Sequence record: MT362618.1
Direction: 5' to 3' (one strand)
Length of the DNA stretch: 24,000 nucleotides
Source: Microcystis phage MaeS
In this document: piece by piece, positions 15,436 through 23,870 of the stretch
Position numbering within the stretch: the first letter of the stretch is position 1
How the letters are laid out: each line of letters begins with the position of its first letter
Program-made: the position numbers and the translations under genes
Notes under the pieces: model-generated
Seen by the model: the letters and a program-made list of their open reading frames with translations, nothing else
Told to the model about the DNA's origin: nothing
Database searches by the model: none

Positions 15436-15477
15436 GTTATAATATTTATTGACTTTATTATAACTATTTCCTATAAT
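15436..15477 (+). promoter_or_regulatory. Canonical promoter TTGACT-N17-TATAAT overlapped by inverted boxes GTTATAAT/ATTATAAC
   Basis: Box 15436-15443, -35 at 15449-15454, box 15457-15464, -10 at 15472-15477. Confidence 0.75.
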
Positions 15478-15512
15478 AAAAATATAAGAATTAGTTAGAG
15501 GGGTTGATAAAT

Positions 15513-16424
15513 ATGAAAAAGAGTGCTTCAGAACAAACGTTAAATCGTTTTGTTGATCTTTTCGAAAAACATCTTGGCCGTAATAAATCAAAGCATACTA
15601 TTGTAAATTATATATCTGATCTTAATCAGTTTGTTAAGTATCTTAGTAATAATAATTTGGACTATAACCTTGATATTTTTGATCGAGATCGTTTCTTGGA
15701 TTATATCGACTTCATGAAAACAACTTATGCTCCAGCAACGATTCATCGTAAAGCTATTTCGTTAAACGAATTTTTGGTTTTTCTTAATCGTACAGGACGT
15801 TTGAAGAAAACTCCTTTCATTGACGGTGATGAATTACAAGAATACTTACCAACTATCCCCAAAAAGAAAGTTCAAACTCTTTCTAAGAACCAAGTTAAGA
15901 ATATGGCTTTTGTTGCTGAAAATTTAATGCACGAATGTTTGATCCGGATGTTTTATGATACTGGTTGCCGTGTTAGTGAAATTGTTGCTGCTAAGTGGAG
16001 TGACATTGAAAATGACTTTACTAGAAATCTTCTGGTAGTTCGAGGTAAAGGTAAAGGTGGTATGACAAAAGAACGAACAGTTAGAATTAGTCCTAAAACT
16101 ATGGAGCTTCTGGATCAAATGAAATCTTCTCGAAATTATGAAACGCAATACATCTTCGAAAGCGAAAGAACTAAGAAGCCTTTAACTACTCGTCGCATGA
16201 ATCAAATCCTCAAAGAAATTTCAGATTCTTCAGGAATTGAAAATGTAAGTTCTCACATATTTAGAAAATCAATTGCAACTCATCTAATCGAAAATGGTTT
16301 ATCAATTGAGTACGTTTCAGATTATTTAGGACACGAATACATTGAAACAACAAAACGCAATTATGTTGACACTACAAAACAATTACATGACAAAGTTGAT
16401 GCTGCATTCGGAGAAGAGATTTAA
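15513..16424 (+). CDS. XerC/XerD-like tyrosine recombinase
   Basis: Phage-integrase signature: MFYDTGCRVSEIVAAKWSDI, SSHIFRKSIATHLIENG, YLGHEYIETTKRNYV. ATG 15513 used; the track begins at an upstream TTG. Confidence 0.92.
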   Translation: MKKSASEQTLNRFVDLFEKHLGRNKSKHTIVNYISDLNQFVKYLSNNNLDYNLDIFDRDRFLDYIDFMKTTYAPATIHRKAISLNEFLVFLNRTGRLKKTPFIDGDELQEYLPTIPKKKVQTLSKNQVKNMAFVAENLMHECLIRMFYDTGCRVSEIVAAKWSDIENDFTRNLLVVRGKGKGGMTKERTVRISPKTMELLDQMKSSRNYETQYIFESERTKKPLTTRRMNQILKEISDSSGIENVSSHIFRKSIATHLIENGLSIEYVSDYLGHEYIETTKRNYVDTTKQLHDKVDAAFGEEI

Positions 16425-16425
16425 G

Positions 16426-16448
16426 AGGCCCTAACTAGAGGGCCTTTT
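16426..16448. terminator. Terminator between convergent genes
   Basis: AGGCCCT-AACTAG-AGGGCCT plus T run. Confidence 0.75.
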
Positions 16449-16449
16449 C

Positions 16450-16713
16450 TTATTCAAAGATTTCAGCTACTTTATCAGATATTTCATTTGTTATCTGTTT
16501 TTGAGTTTCGGCTGTAGCATTATCAATGCCTCCGATAATATCCGCATCGGCTTCAGCTTCTAAAATTAAGAAATCTTTAAATTCCTCTTTTGTACATTCA
16601 CTCCCTCCAGCGAATTCTTCATTACAACGCTCATAATCTTCTTGAGCTTCACTGTTATTGCATCCAGCTAGTAAGAATAAAGTTAAATACGAAGGTAACA
16701 AAATTTTTCTCAT
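16450..16713 (-). CDS. Putative small lipoprotein
   Basis: MRKILLPSYLTLFLLAGCNN lipobox; acidic remainder. Confidence 0.75.
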   Translation of the reverse strand: MRKILLPSYLTLFLLAGCNNSEAQEDYERCNEEFAGGSECTKEEFKDFLILEAEADADIIGGIDNATAETQKQITNEISDKVAEIFE

Positions 16714-16801
16714 TCTGTTTAATCTCCCTTTAAGTTTAGGTATACTTCAACAACATTATGTCCATAATGATACCATAATTACGATAATGGAGGAATTATC
16801 C

Positions 16802-17338
16802 TTGGAAGAAATATGGTTAGATATAATAGGATATGAAGGACAATATCAAATAAGCAACCTAGGTAAAGTAAGGAGTTTAGACCGAATCGATACAAGAGGT
16901 TACAATCAAAAAGGAAGAATCTTGAGAATTAAATTCACCAAAAATACTGGATACGCAACAGTGAGTTTAAGTAGTGGTTCTCAAGTAGTTCAACATAGAG
17001 TTCATCAATTGGTTGCGAAACATTTTGTTCAAAACCCCTACAATAAACGAGTAGTTAACCATATAGACGGTGACAAGAAGAATAACAATTACGATAATTT
17101 AGAATGGAACACTCATTCGGAAAACAATAAACACGCAATAGATAATGGACTAAGAAACTCTTCTAAAGGAGAAAAACACGGAAAATCAAAATTAACAAAA
17201 AATGATGTTATCTTCATTAGAAGCAATTACGATCCTTCCAACGAAGAACTAAATGCACAATCGTTAGCCGATAAATTTGGAGTCAAAAAACGAGCGATAT
17301 TTGGAGTTATATTAAAAGAAACATGGAAACACATTTAA
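16802..17338 (+). CDS. NUMOD4 + HNH_3 homing-type endonuclease
   Basis: EIWLDIIGYEGQYQISNLGKVRSLDR; VHQLVAKHFVQNPYNKRVVNHIDGDKKNNNYDNLEWNT. TTG start at 16802 with GGAGG 8 nt upstream. Confidence 0.9.
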   Translation: MEEIWLDIIGYEGQYQISNLGKVRSLDRIDTRGYNQKGRILRIKFTKNTGYATVSLSSGSQVVQHRVHQLVAKHFVQNPYNKRVVNHIDGDKKNNNYDNLEWNTHSENNKHAIDNGLRNSSKGEKHGKSKLTKNDVIFIRSNYDPSNEELNAQSLADKFGVKKRAIFGVILKETWKHI

Positions 17339-19731
17339 TCCTTCTCTTTGGTTTCTTTCTCTTCTTCTGGTTCGTACATCCATTTTTCAGTAGTGTATAC
17401 GTAGTTATTAACTACTTCAACATTTGTTCCGTATTTTTTTGTTTGTTTATTTGAGATATAATCTTTATCGAATTTATCTGTAGGTTTCATTTTTATGAAA
17501 AAAGGTTCTGATCCATCAATATTACTTAAAAAAAGTGATTCATGTTTTGCTATTTTTAAACAAGCATCCATATCTAATGGTTTTATTCGTTCCATTAAAT
17601 CTCTGAAAATTCCTAAGTTGCCGTTTTTGAATAAGAACAATCCTTTTGCTCCACTTTGAATACATTCCCAAAGTTTTTTATCTATTTTAAGTGGAGTATG
17701 GAAAATTAGATTTATTCCTAAACGGTACTTAGGACTTTCTAAGATTAATGATGAGAGCATTTCATTGAAAGTATTAGTTGCATATTGATGAAACTCGTTG
17801 AACACTAAGAATGTTACATTATCAGTTTTTTTGATTTTCTTCAGCCAATTTACTTTAAGTAAAATAAGATTAATCATAACTTTTGTACCTTGTTCCCCAA
17901 GTCCTCCATCTTTCTTCATCCGAATTAAAACGACTTTATTTTCTTCGATAAACCTTTGTAAATCGAATGCTGGATTTTTTGGCGCTGCGAATAAATTCTT
18001 GGTTATACCCATAGACATTAACTCATCTAATCTGTTTATCACAGCTCCCTTTATATTCGCTGGAATATTAACTTCGAAATACTCTTTTTGTAATTGTAAA
18101 GATAACAGTTCGTTACCACTTTCTCGAACTCTTTCTAATATCATCTTTGCGTATTTTTTTGACTTTAAGAAGTTAAACATTTCATACAAATTACAATTAC
18201 AAGCTTTAGCTACAAGTCGAGCTAATTGTTTTGAAGAATAATTCTGGTCCAATTCTAAAATTCCAACAACATCATTAGCAATAACATCTACTCCATGAAT
18301 TCCTATCGCCTCAACAATATCTCCTAATCCAAAATGTATAGGATTCATAAAGTCGGCCAAATCAACATCAACAATTTTTTCTTTCGATAAATTTTGTTTA
18401 ATAATATCCGCCATACCTCTTCCTGATTCATCTATTGCATCTGGAACTATAGCTCCGTGTCCGTTTTTTGCTAATTCAATAATAAATCGAGAACAACTCA
18501 TATCTTTTCCAGAACGAGGTTCCCCAATAAAACCATAAGTGCCGCATAACTGATCCAGATCATTCGTTGGTAATCTGAATTCTTCATTCTTCCCTTTGAC
18601 AGATACATCACCTAACCATAAACCTTTTTTACTCAAGAAATTATTGTGCACATTAGTTACACCTTTTTCATTTACTTCTATTTCGTATTCAGTTTGAAGT
18701 GTTCTTTGTGGTAATTTGATAAAATGTAACATTTCTTTGTAGGTTAGGATGAATCTTTTCTTGAACATAAAGTGAGTCGGAATTTTGCGAGTTCTAACCT
18801 TTTGATTCAACCATTTACGAAACTTATTATCTTTTATCTTCTTTTCAACTAACTCATTATCTCCGTTAACTTGTTTCAGGGCCGTAATGAACCCTCTGGA
18901 AATTACTTCAGAACGTAGTTTAGACTCTCCTTGAACTATAAGTCTTAAGCAACACTCAAAACCGTTAAAACCTATCTTATCTTTAGAATTTTGACCGACC
19001 TTAATTCTTTTTGGAAGTTCTTTAGAACTACTTTCTGCATCTTTGTACCAATCATTTTCTGCTGACTGGAATCCAAATTGAACAATAATTTTTTCTTCAG
19101 GTTTCAATAACTTACTTAGCTCAAGTAAATCACGTAAAGGTCTTTCTTGAAGTCTTGAATCCATTTTCAACGAAAGTCCGGAGGTATATTTCAAAGAAAA
19201 ATCGAACCCTACAGATTTACTTTCGTCAATTGAATCATAGATATCTTTTTCTACATCAACAATCGGAGAACGGAACCAACAAAATTCTGTTTGTTGTTTT
19301 ACAAATTCTTCATTTGATTCGTTAGTTGTAATGTAATGATTAAAAGAATCTCTCTGGATCACAGTTTCGAAGAAAAACTTATCTTGTTCTGGTAGTTGTG
19401 GATTCTTGAAATCAAACTGATTAATTTGATGAGAGATTTCACGATAAGAATTACCGAATGACTCAATTAATAGGTGAACTTTATCATTCTTAGTTGATGG
19501 AACGGGAGTAATCATAAACGACTTATTCTTGGGAGAGGCTAACCCAAACTTAAAACTCTTGGTAGTTTTTTTAGGTATTCGAGTTATAGTAACTGGCTTA
19601 ATAGTTATAATTGGTTTCCGGTCAGCCTTTACCAGAGGAATGCTAAAGTTGTCTCCTGATACTTTCTTTGTAATGCGTTGTGGATGCTCAAGAGGCTTCT
19701 GGAATGGCCTCACATCGAATGTTATTTTCAA
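17335..19731 (-). CDS. HerA/VirD4/TraG-like conjugation-type ATPase, atypical Walker motifs
   Basis: GFIGEPRSGKDMSC, VTFLVFNEFHQYA, LGEQGTKVMINLILLKVNW, LIFHTPLKIDKKLWECIQSGAKGLFLFKNG; TTG start. Confidence 0.7.
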   Translation of the reverse strand: MKITFDVRPFQKPLEHPQRITKKVSGDNFSIPLVKADRKPIITIKPVTITRIPKKTTKSFKFGLASPKNKSFMITPVPSTKNDKVHLLIESFGNSYREISHQINQFDFKNPQLPEQDKFFFETVIQRDSFNHYITTNESNEEFVKQQTEFCWFRSPIVDVEKDIYDSIDESKSVGFDFSLKYTSGLSLKMDSRLQERPLRDLLELSKLLKPEEKIIVQFGFQSAENDWYKDAESSSKELPKRIKVGQNSKDKIGFNGFECCLRLIVQGESKLRSEVISRGFITALKQVNGDNELVEKKIKDNKFRKWLNQKVRTRKIPTHFMFKKRFILTYKEMLHFIKLPQRTLQTEYEIEVNEKGVTNVHNNFLSKKGLWLGDVSVKGKNEEFRLPTNDLDQLCGTYGFIGEPRSGKDMSCSRFIIELAKNGHGAIVPDAIDESGRGMADIIKQNLSKEKIVDVDLADFMNPIHFGLGDIVEAIGIHGVDVIANDVVGILELDQNYSSKQLARLVAKACNCNLYEMFNFLKSKKYAKMILERVRESGNELLSLQLQKEYFEVNIPANIKGAVINRLDELMSMGITKNLFAAPKNPAFDLQRFIEENKVVLIRMKKDGGLGEQGTKVMINLILLKVNWLKKIKKTDNVTFLVFNEFHQYATNTFNEMLSSLILESPKYRLGINLIFHTPLKIDKKLWECIQSGAKGLFLFKNGNLGIFRDLMERIKPLDMDACLKIAKHESLFLSNIDGSEPFFIKMKPTDKFDKDYISNKQTKKYGTNVEVVNNYVYTTEKWMYEPEEEKETKEKD

Positions 19732-19732
19732 T

Positions 19733-19861
19733 TTAGACCAATCCTTTCAGTATTGATATTAACTTAACCAGAACGGAGAATTCGGTTGCTTGAACCGTGT
19801 ACATTATGCCAAGGATAAAACCAATGAATCCAGAGAATCCAATAGTAATTATTGTTTTCAT
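19733..19861 (-). CDS. 42-aa membrane protein (MKTIITIGFSGFIGFILGIMYTVQATEFSVLVKLISILKGLV)
   Basis: Hand translation; start overlaps the stop of the preceding gene (TAATG). Confidence 0.6.
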   Translation of the reverse strand: MKTIITIGFSGFIGFILGIMYTVQATEFSVLVKLISILKGLV

Positions 19862-20325
19862 TATTTACTCACCTGTACAGATCCACCGATATCAAGACCA
19901 CTAAATACAGCCGTTAAAGCATCATTTAACATACTTCCAACAATGGCAAGTAACATAATAGCCGAAGGCACTAAGAACACCCCTCCTACAGCTATAGCAG
20001 CCGTACCTATAATTTTAGTTGCAACTCTTTTCTTGAAGATCATTACAATTAATCCACCGATAATCGCGAAAGCTCCTAACACCATTCCGATTTCCTGAAA
20101 CAAACCAAATATAGGTTTCATTTCAATCCAGAGATTCCCACTACCCCCTCCTGTTGCTGCAAATGCTGGAGATTGAGCCATCATTGTTCCTGCAACGCTC
20201 CATAACCAAATGTTTAACTTCTTCAACATCTTGATATCCTTTTTGGTGTAAACTTCTCTTATAACTTCTGGAGACAATTCAATCGAACGTTCTGGTATTA
20301 CAACACCATTAATTCTTACGATCAT
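19861..20325 (-). CDS. Multi-TM, possibly VirB2/TrbC pilin-like membrane protein
   Basis: Signal-like AGTMMAQSPAFAATG followed by two hydrophobic helices, the VirB2-like layout; ATG at 20325 has AAGGAG upstream. Confidence 0.5.
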   Translation of the reverse strand: MIVRINGVVIPERSIELSPEVIREVYTKKDIKMLKKLNIWLWSVAGTMMAQSPAFAATGGGSGNLWIEMKPIFGLFQEIGMVLGAFAIIGGLIVMIFKKRVATKIIGTAAIAVGGVFLVPSAIMLLAIVGSMLNDALTAVFSGLDIGGSVQVSK

Positions 20326-20440
20326 TTTCAACACTCTCCTTCTCTTTTGTGTACTTTAAATATGCCTTTGCCCCGTAAAGATGCCATAACAACCAAAGAG
20401 AAGCAATTCCTATAAAACGCACAGTTAACCAAGTGAACAT
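20309..20440 (-). CDS. 43-aa single-TM protein (MFTWLTVRFIGIASLWLLWHLYGAKAYLKYTKEKESVENDRKN)
   Basis: Hand translation; GTGGAGG RBS; overlaps the next gene. Confidence 0.55.
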   Translation of the reverse strand: MFTWLTVRFIGIASLWLLWHLYGAKAYLKYTKEKESVENDRKN

Positions 20441-20519
20441 ATAACTTCGCCTCCACGTATAATTAGTTATAAGACAGGCCATATTAACAGTACAAACATT
20501 TCAAGGAGGTTGTTTTCAA

Positions 20520-20585
20520 ATGGTAGAAGTAATTCTTATTAGTATTGGTTTGACAAGCATGTTAATTGGTTCTTGGCCTTGGTAG
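20520..20585 (+). CDS. 21-aa hydrophobic micro-ORF (MVEVILISIGLTSMLIGSWPW)
   Basis: Very strong AAGGAGG RBS; hand translation. Confidence 0.4.
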   Translation: MVEVILISIGLTSMLIGSWPW

Positions 20586-20600
20586 GATAAGCTACCCTTA

Positions 20601-20639
20601 ACTTTCGCCTCCGCTTGCAAGCGACACTCTTGCGAAAGT
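20601..20639. repeat. Nested inverted repeats after the micro-ORF
   Basis: ACTTTCGC 20601-20608 / GCGAAAGT 20632-20639, enclosing CGCTTGCAAGCG 20612-20623. Confidence 0.6.
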
Positions 20640-20671
20640 TTATGCTAATCGTATTCGAAATATGCACGTAC

Positions 20672-20908
20672 CTACTGTTGAAGTTTAATTCCTTCAGATC
20701 GAACAGTTATTTGAGTAGCCTCTATCGGCTGCTCTTTTTTCTTCTCCTCAATTTCTGGCCTTTCATCGAAATAACTTTTCAAAATACTCATTGTATACCC
20801 ACTGAAATTATTAGACTCTTTTTCCATTCTTTTGAAAATTTTCATATGCCAAGGTGACTTTCTGTTGAAACAAACTTGCTTTCGGATGATATCGTCTTTG
20901 TCACTCAT
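20672..20908 (-). CDS. Ribbon-helix-helix-like small protein, possible partition or regulatory factor
   Basis: KQVCFNRKSPWHMKIFKRMEKESNNFSGYTMSILKSYF; ATG 20908 with AAGGAG. Confidence 0.45.
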   Translation of the reverse strand: MSDKDDIIRKQVCFNRKSPWHMKIFKRMEKESNNFSGYTMSILKSYFDERPEIEEKKKEQPIEATQITVRSEGIKLQQ

Positions 20909-21013
20909 GTTCAACACTCCTTTGTAAGTGGTTGTTAACATTTTATTCATTACATATTTACATATGACTATTTGTATTGATTTTTTTATCGATTGAAGAA
21001 ATTCTAATTTAAT

Positions 21014-21032
21014 ATGATAATTAAGTTATCAT
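21014..21032. promoter_or_regulatory. Palindromic operator candidate upstream of the XRE regulator
   Basis: ATGATAA-TTAAG-TTATCAT. Confidence 0.6.
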
Positions 21033-21056
21033 TAATCGTAAGGGATTGGTTATTCC

Positions 21057-21347
21057 ATGAAGATAAGAGTTAAAAGTAAATTAGACAATTACTTGGAGGA
21101 AATGAAAGAAAAGCACGGAATCGAAATTAGTAAGGCTTGGCTGTCCAGAGAAATCGGTGTTGATCCTAGTCAGCTTTATCGATGGACAAAAAGTGTAGAC
21201 AAAGATAATTATGTAACCACAATTCCTTCGGTCGCTTATGCCCTACTCCTAGCTCAAACTTTGAATTGTACAGTTGAAGATTTATTTGAAGTAGAGATCA
21301 TTACAGATCATAACGATCCTAAATTTCTTTTGAGAAATAAGGATTAA
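21057..21347 (+). CDS. XRE-family HTH transcriptional regulator
   Basis: GIEISKAWLSREIGVDPSQLYRWTK HTH; CTVEDLFEVE tail. Confidence 0.85.
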   Translation: MKIRVKSKLDNYLEEMKEKHGIEISKAWLSREIGVDPSQLYRWTKSVDKDNYVTTIPSVAYALLLAQTLNCTVEDLFEVEIITDHNDPKFLLRNKD

Positions 21348-21500
21348 ATTGTGAACAAGTTTTGTCTTGTTCGCTTTTTTTAACCCCTAAAATACGAACA
21401 TCCGTTCTCATTTTTGCTAGACGATGTAAAAAACATATGGTATGTTAGAACCAGTTGGGAGAGCGTTTCAAAATTTCACATAAGTTTCCAGAGTTATTGG

Positions 21501-21529
21501 TTGAACCATTTTTACTACGTTGTTATAAT
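21501..21529 (+). promoter_or_regulatory. Promoter TTGAAC-N17-TATAAT, -10 embedded in GTTATAAT
   Basis: Direct reading. Confidence 0.6.
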
Positions 21530-21655
21530 TAATAATGTAGTGAACCATGACTTATTTGCATTGATGATAATACTATTACGTAGTATTGCATTTTTGTTTA
21601 TGGAACCAGAATGATGAAACGTTTTTAACTTAAAGGCGAAACGAGGAGATTGCTT

Positions 21656-21820
21656 TTGGCGCAGCGTAGAAAAAGATCCGTAAAAAAGATGGAATTCGAA
21701 GTGGAGTTTGTGAATGATGAAAAAGAAAAGGAGGATCTTCAGGACATAATGAAGCGAGAGTTCGTTAGATTTGTAAACGAACAAAAAGGATTTACGTACT
21801 TAACCATTAAAAAGAAGTAG
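21656..21820 (+). CDS. 54-aa protein (MAQRRKRSVKKMEFEVEFVNDEKEKEDLQDIMKREFVRFVNEQKGFTYLTIKKK) upstream of the recombinase
   Basis: TTG start after GAGGAG; hand translation. Confidence 0.55.
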   Translation: MAQRRKRSVKKMEFEVEFVNDEKEKEDLQDIMKREFVRFVNEQKGFTYLTIKKK

Positions 21821-21947
21821 CTTTTTCTGCCTTTATAGTTAATTTGTTAAAGTTGTGTTATATTAGAACTAACAACTATCAAAAATCTAACAGTAAGTGA
21901 TAGTAATTCTGATATAATACAGCTTTTTCTCTATAAAGGAGGCTACT

Positions 21948-23564
21948 ATGAAGATCGGCGCTATCTATGCGAGAGCATCTACAGATAAACAAGGTGATAC
22001 AGTAGAACACCAAGTTCAAATGATCAAAGAATACGTTAAGAGAATTAACGACTCCATAAAAGAAACAGAAGATAAAATAACAATAGATGATAAATTTATA
22101 TATATTGACGAGGGAGAGAGCGGATTTAAAACAACTCTTTTGCAAAGAGACGAAATGAGAAAATTAATGAGTGACATTGATAATAAATTAGTCGATGTAG
22201 TATTCTTTAAAGGGATATCTCGTTTCGCTCGTGATGCTGAAGAGTCTTTCAGAGCTGCTAGAAAGTTTAAAGAAAAGAATATTAGGGTAATAAGCCTTGA
22301 AGAAAATTACGATTCACTACATTCTGATCCAATGATGTTTCAGTTTTACTCAATAATGGCTGAACAAGAATCAAGAAAAACTTCAATTAGAGTTAGTCTT
22401 GGTAACAAACAAAAAGCAAGAAACGGATTATTTGTTGGTTCTGTAACGCCTTACGGTTACTCCAGAGTCAAAGATATTAAAGATGATAAATTAAGAAAGG
22501 AAGTGCTATCTCAAGGTAGACATGAACAAAGTTTATGGCCGGATAAATTTGAATCTGAAATTGTTAAATTCATTTTTGAGAAAGTAATTTCAGAAAACCT
22601 TGGAAGAAAAAAGATAGCAATGTTATTAAATCAAAAAGGAATTAGAACAAGAGACGGAAATAGACCTGATGAAATGTTTATTAAACGAATTTTAGAAAAT
22701 GAAGTTTATACTGGAGATATTATTTACGGAAAAACGAGATACGAATATATTGAAGATGAAAAAACTAATAGAAAAGTCCAAAAAACTATCGATATTTCAA
22801 AAGATGAATGGATAATTTCACGGAATTCACATCCAGCAATAATTGAGAGGGGTGAGTTTATGGAAGCTCATCGGATTTTACACAAGAGATCTGGAAAACA
22901 TAAGGGCCGTAGATTTAATAATGCAAGGCATCCACTTACTGGAATATTAAAATGTGGTAAATGTGGTGCTCCTATGATTTGTCAAAAAAGGAGCAATAAA
23001 AGAAGTGACGGAACTAAAATAGAATACAGATATTATGTTTGTAGTACATACCATAGACAAGGGAGAGATGTATGTGCTCAAGCTAATATAAATGCTGATA
23101 GCCTTGAAGAACATATTCATCAAGCTGTTTCTAGGGAAGTTTTAAAACTTAAAGAAGATGGATATTTTGATAACGAATTACAAGTTTATAATCAAAATGA
23201 AGAAATAAACAAAGAAATTACCCAAATAGATGATACTTTAGATAAATACATAATAAAACTAGATAATCTATTAGATCATGTCGGTTTATATGATAAGGAT
23301 ACTTTTAGGGAATTAAATAATAAAATTAAAACTGAAATAGTAGAATTAAGAACAAGAAAAGAATATCTATTAGAACAATTAAGCTTCGGTGATATAAGAA
23401 ATAATGAAGAAGAATTAAGAGAACTATTTGATAGTTTCTTGAACTTGAATTTGAATGATCTTGAAGAATCCAGAAATATGTTTCATTCTCTCTTGAACGA
23501 AGTAACTGTAGATGGAAATAAGATAAAAATTGATGCTAAATTTAATTTGATAAAGAATAATTAA
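21948..23564 (+). CDS. Large serine recombinase (resolvase + recombinase + zinc ribbon + coiled coil)
   Basis: GAIYARASTDKQ, FKGISRFARD, MAEQESRKTSIRV, HPLTGILKCGKCGAPM...YYVCS......C. Confidence 0.95.
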   Translation: MKIGAIYARASTDKQGDTVEHQVQMIKEYVKRINDSIKETEDKITIDDKFIYIDEGESGFKTTLLQRDEMRKLMSDIDNKLVDVVFFKGISRFARDAEESFRAARKFKEKNIRVISLEENYDSLHSDPMMFQFYSIMAEQESRKTSIRVSLGNKQKARNGLFVGSVTPYGYSRVKDIKDDKLRKEVLSQGRHEQSLWPDKFESEIVKFIFEKVISENLGRKKIAMLLNQKGIRTRDGNRPDEMFIKRILENEVYTGDIIYGKTRYEYIEDEKTNRKVQKTIDISKDEWIISRNSHPAIIERGEFMEAHRILHKRSGKHKGRRFNNARHPLTGILKCGKCGAPMICQKRSNKRSDGTKIEYRYYVCSTYHRQGRDVCAQANINADSLEEHIHQAVSREVLKLKEDGYFDNELQVYNQNEEINKEITQIDDTLDKYIIKLDNLLDHVGLYDKDTFRELNNKIKTEIVELRTRKEYLLEQLSFGDIRNNEEELRELFDSFLNLNLNDLEESRNMFHSLLNEVTVDGNKIKIDAKFNLIKNN

Positions 23565-23804
23565 TAGTAATTGATGAGGCTCATCGAACCTCTATATATT
23601 TTTTTATGTTTTAAGGTAAAGTATTTTTTACTAATTTTTACATCTGTTACATTTTACTAACCAAAATTTTTGCAATAACTTACCTACTATTTGTCCAAGT
23701 TGTCATTTGCTAATCCACCATTGGGTAAATAAATATAATAAATAATCATATAATCTGTTCACATAATAATAATTCGGTGAACATATTTTGGACAAGCAGA
23801 AAGA

Positions 23805-23832
23805 CCGTCAGAAAAAAATCTGGCGGTTTTTT
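23805..23832 (+). terminator. Rho-independent terminator
   Basis: CCGTCAGA-AAAAAA-TCTGGCGG plus T run. Confidence 0.8.
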
Positions 23833-23870
23833 AGTTAATTCAAGCATCATTTTATATTCTTCTGAATATT

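Noticed and set aside
15924-16148. Minus-strand ORF 15924-16148
   Set aside because: Antisense to the tyrosine recombinase gene.
17798-20098. Plus-strand ORFs 17798-18241, 19529-19756 and 19790-20098
   Set aside because: Antisense to the transfer operon; composition looks like shadow ORFs.
20463-20476. GTTATAAG near 20469 as another full bipartite motif
   Set aside because: No GCGAAAGG box at 24 nt on either strand; counted only as a loose single box.
20615-20857. Plus-strand ORF 20615-20857
   Set aside because: Antisense to the RHH-like gene and starts inside the inverted repeat.
21414-21784. ORFs 21414-21614 (+) and 21515-21784 (-)
   Set aside because: Overlap a better-supported promoter and the 54-aa TTG-start gene; translations lack domain signatures.
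21879-22145. Minus-strand ORF 21879-22145
   Set aside because: Antisense to the start of the serine recombinase.
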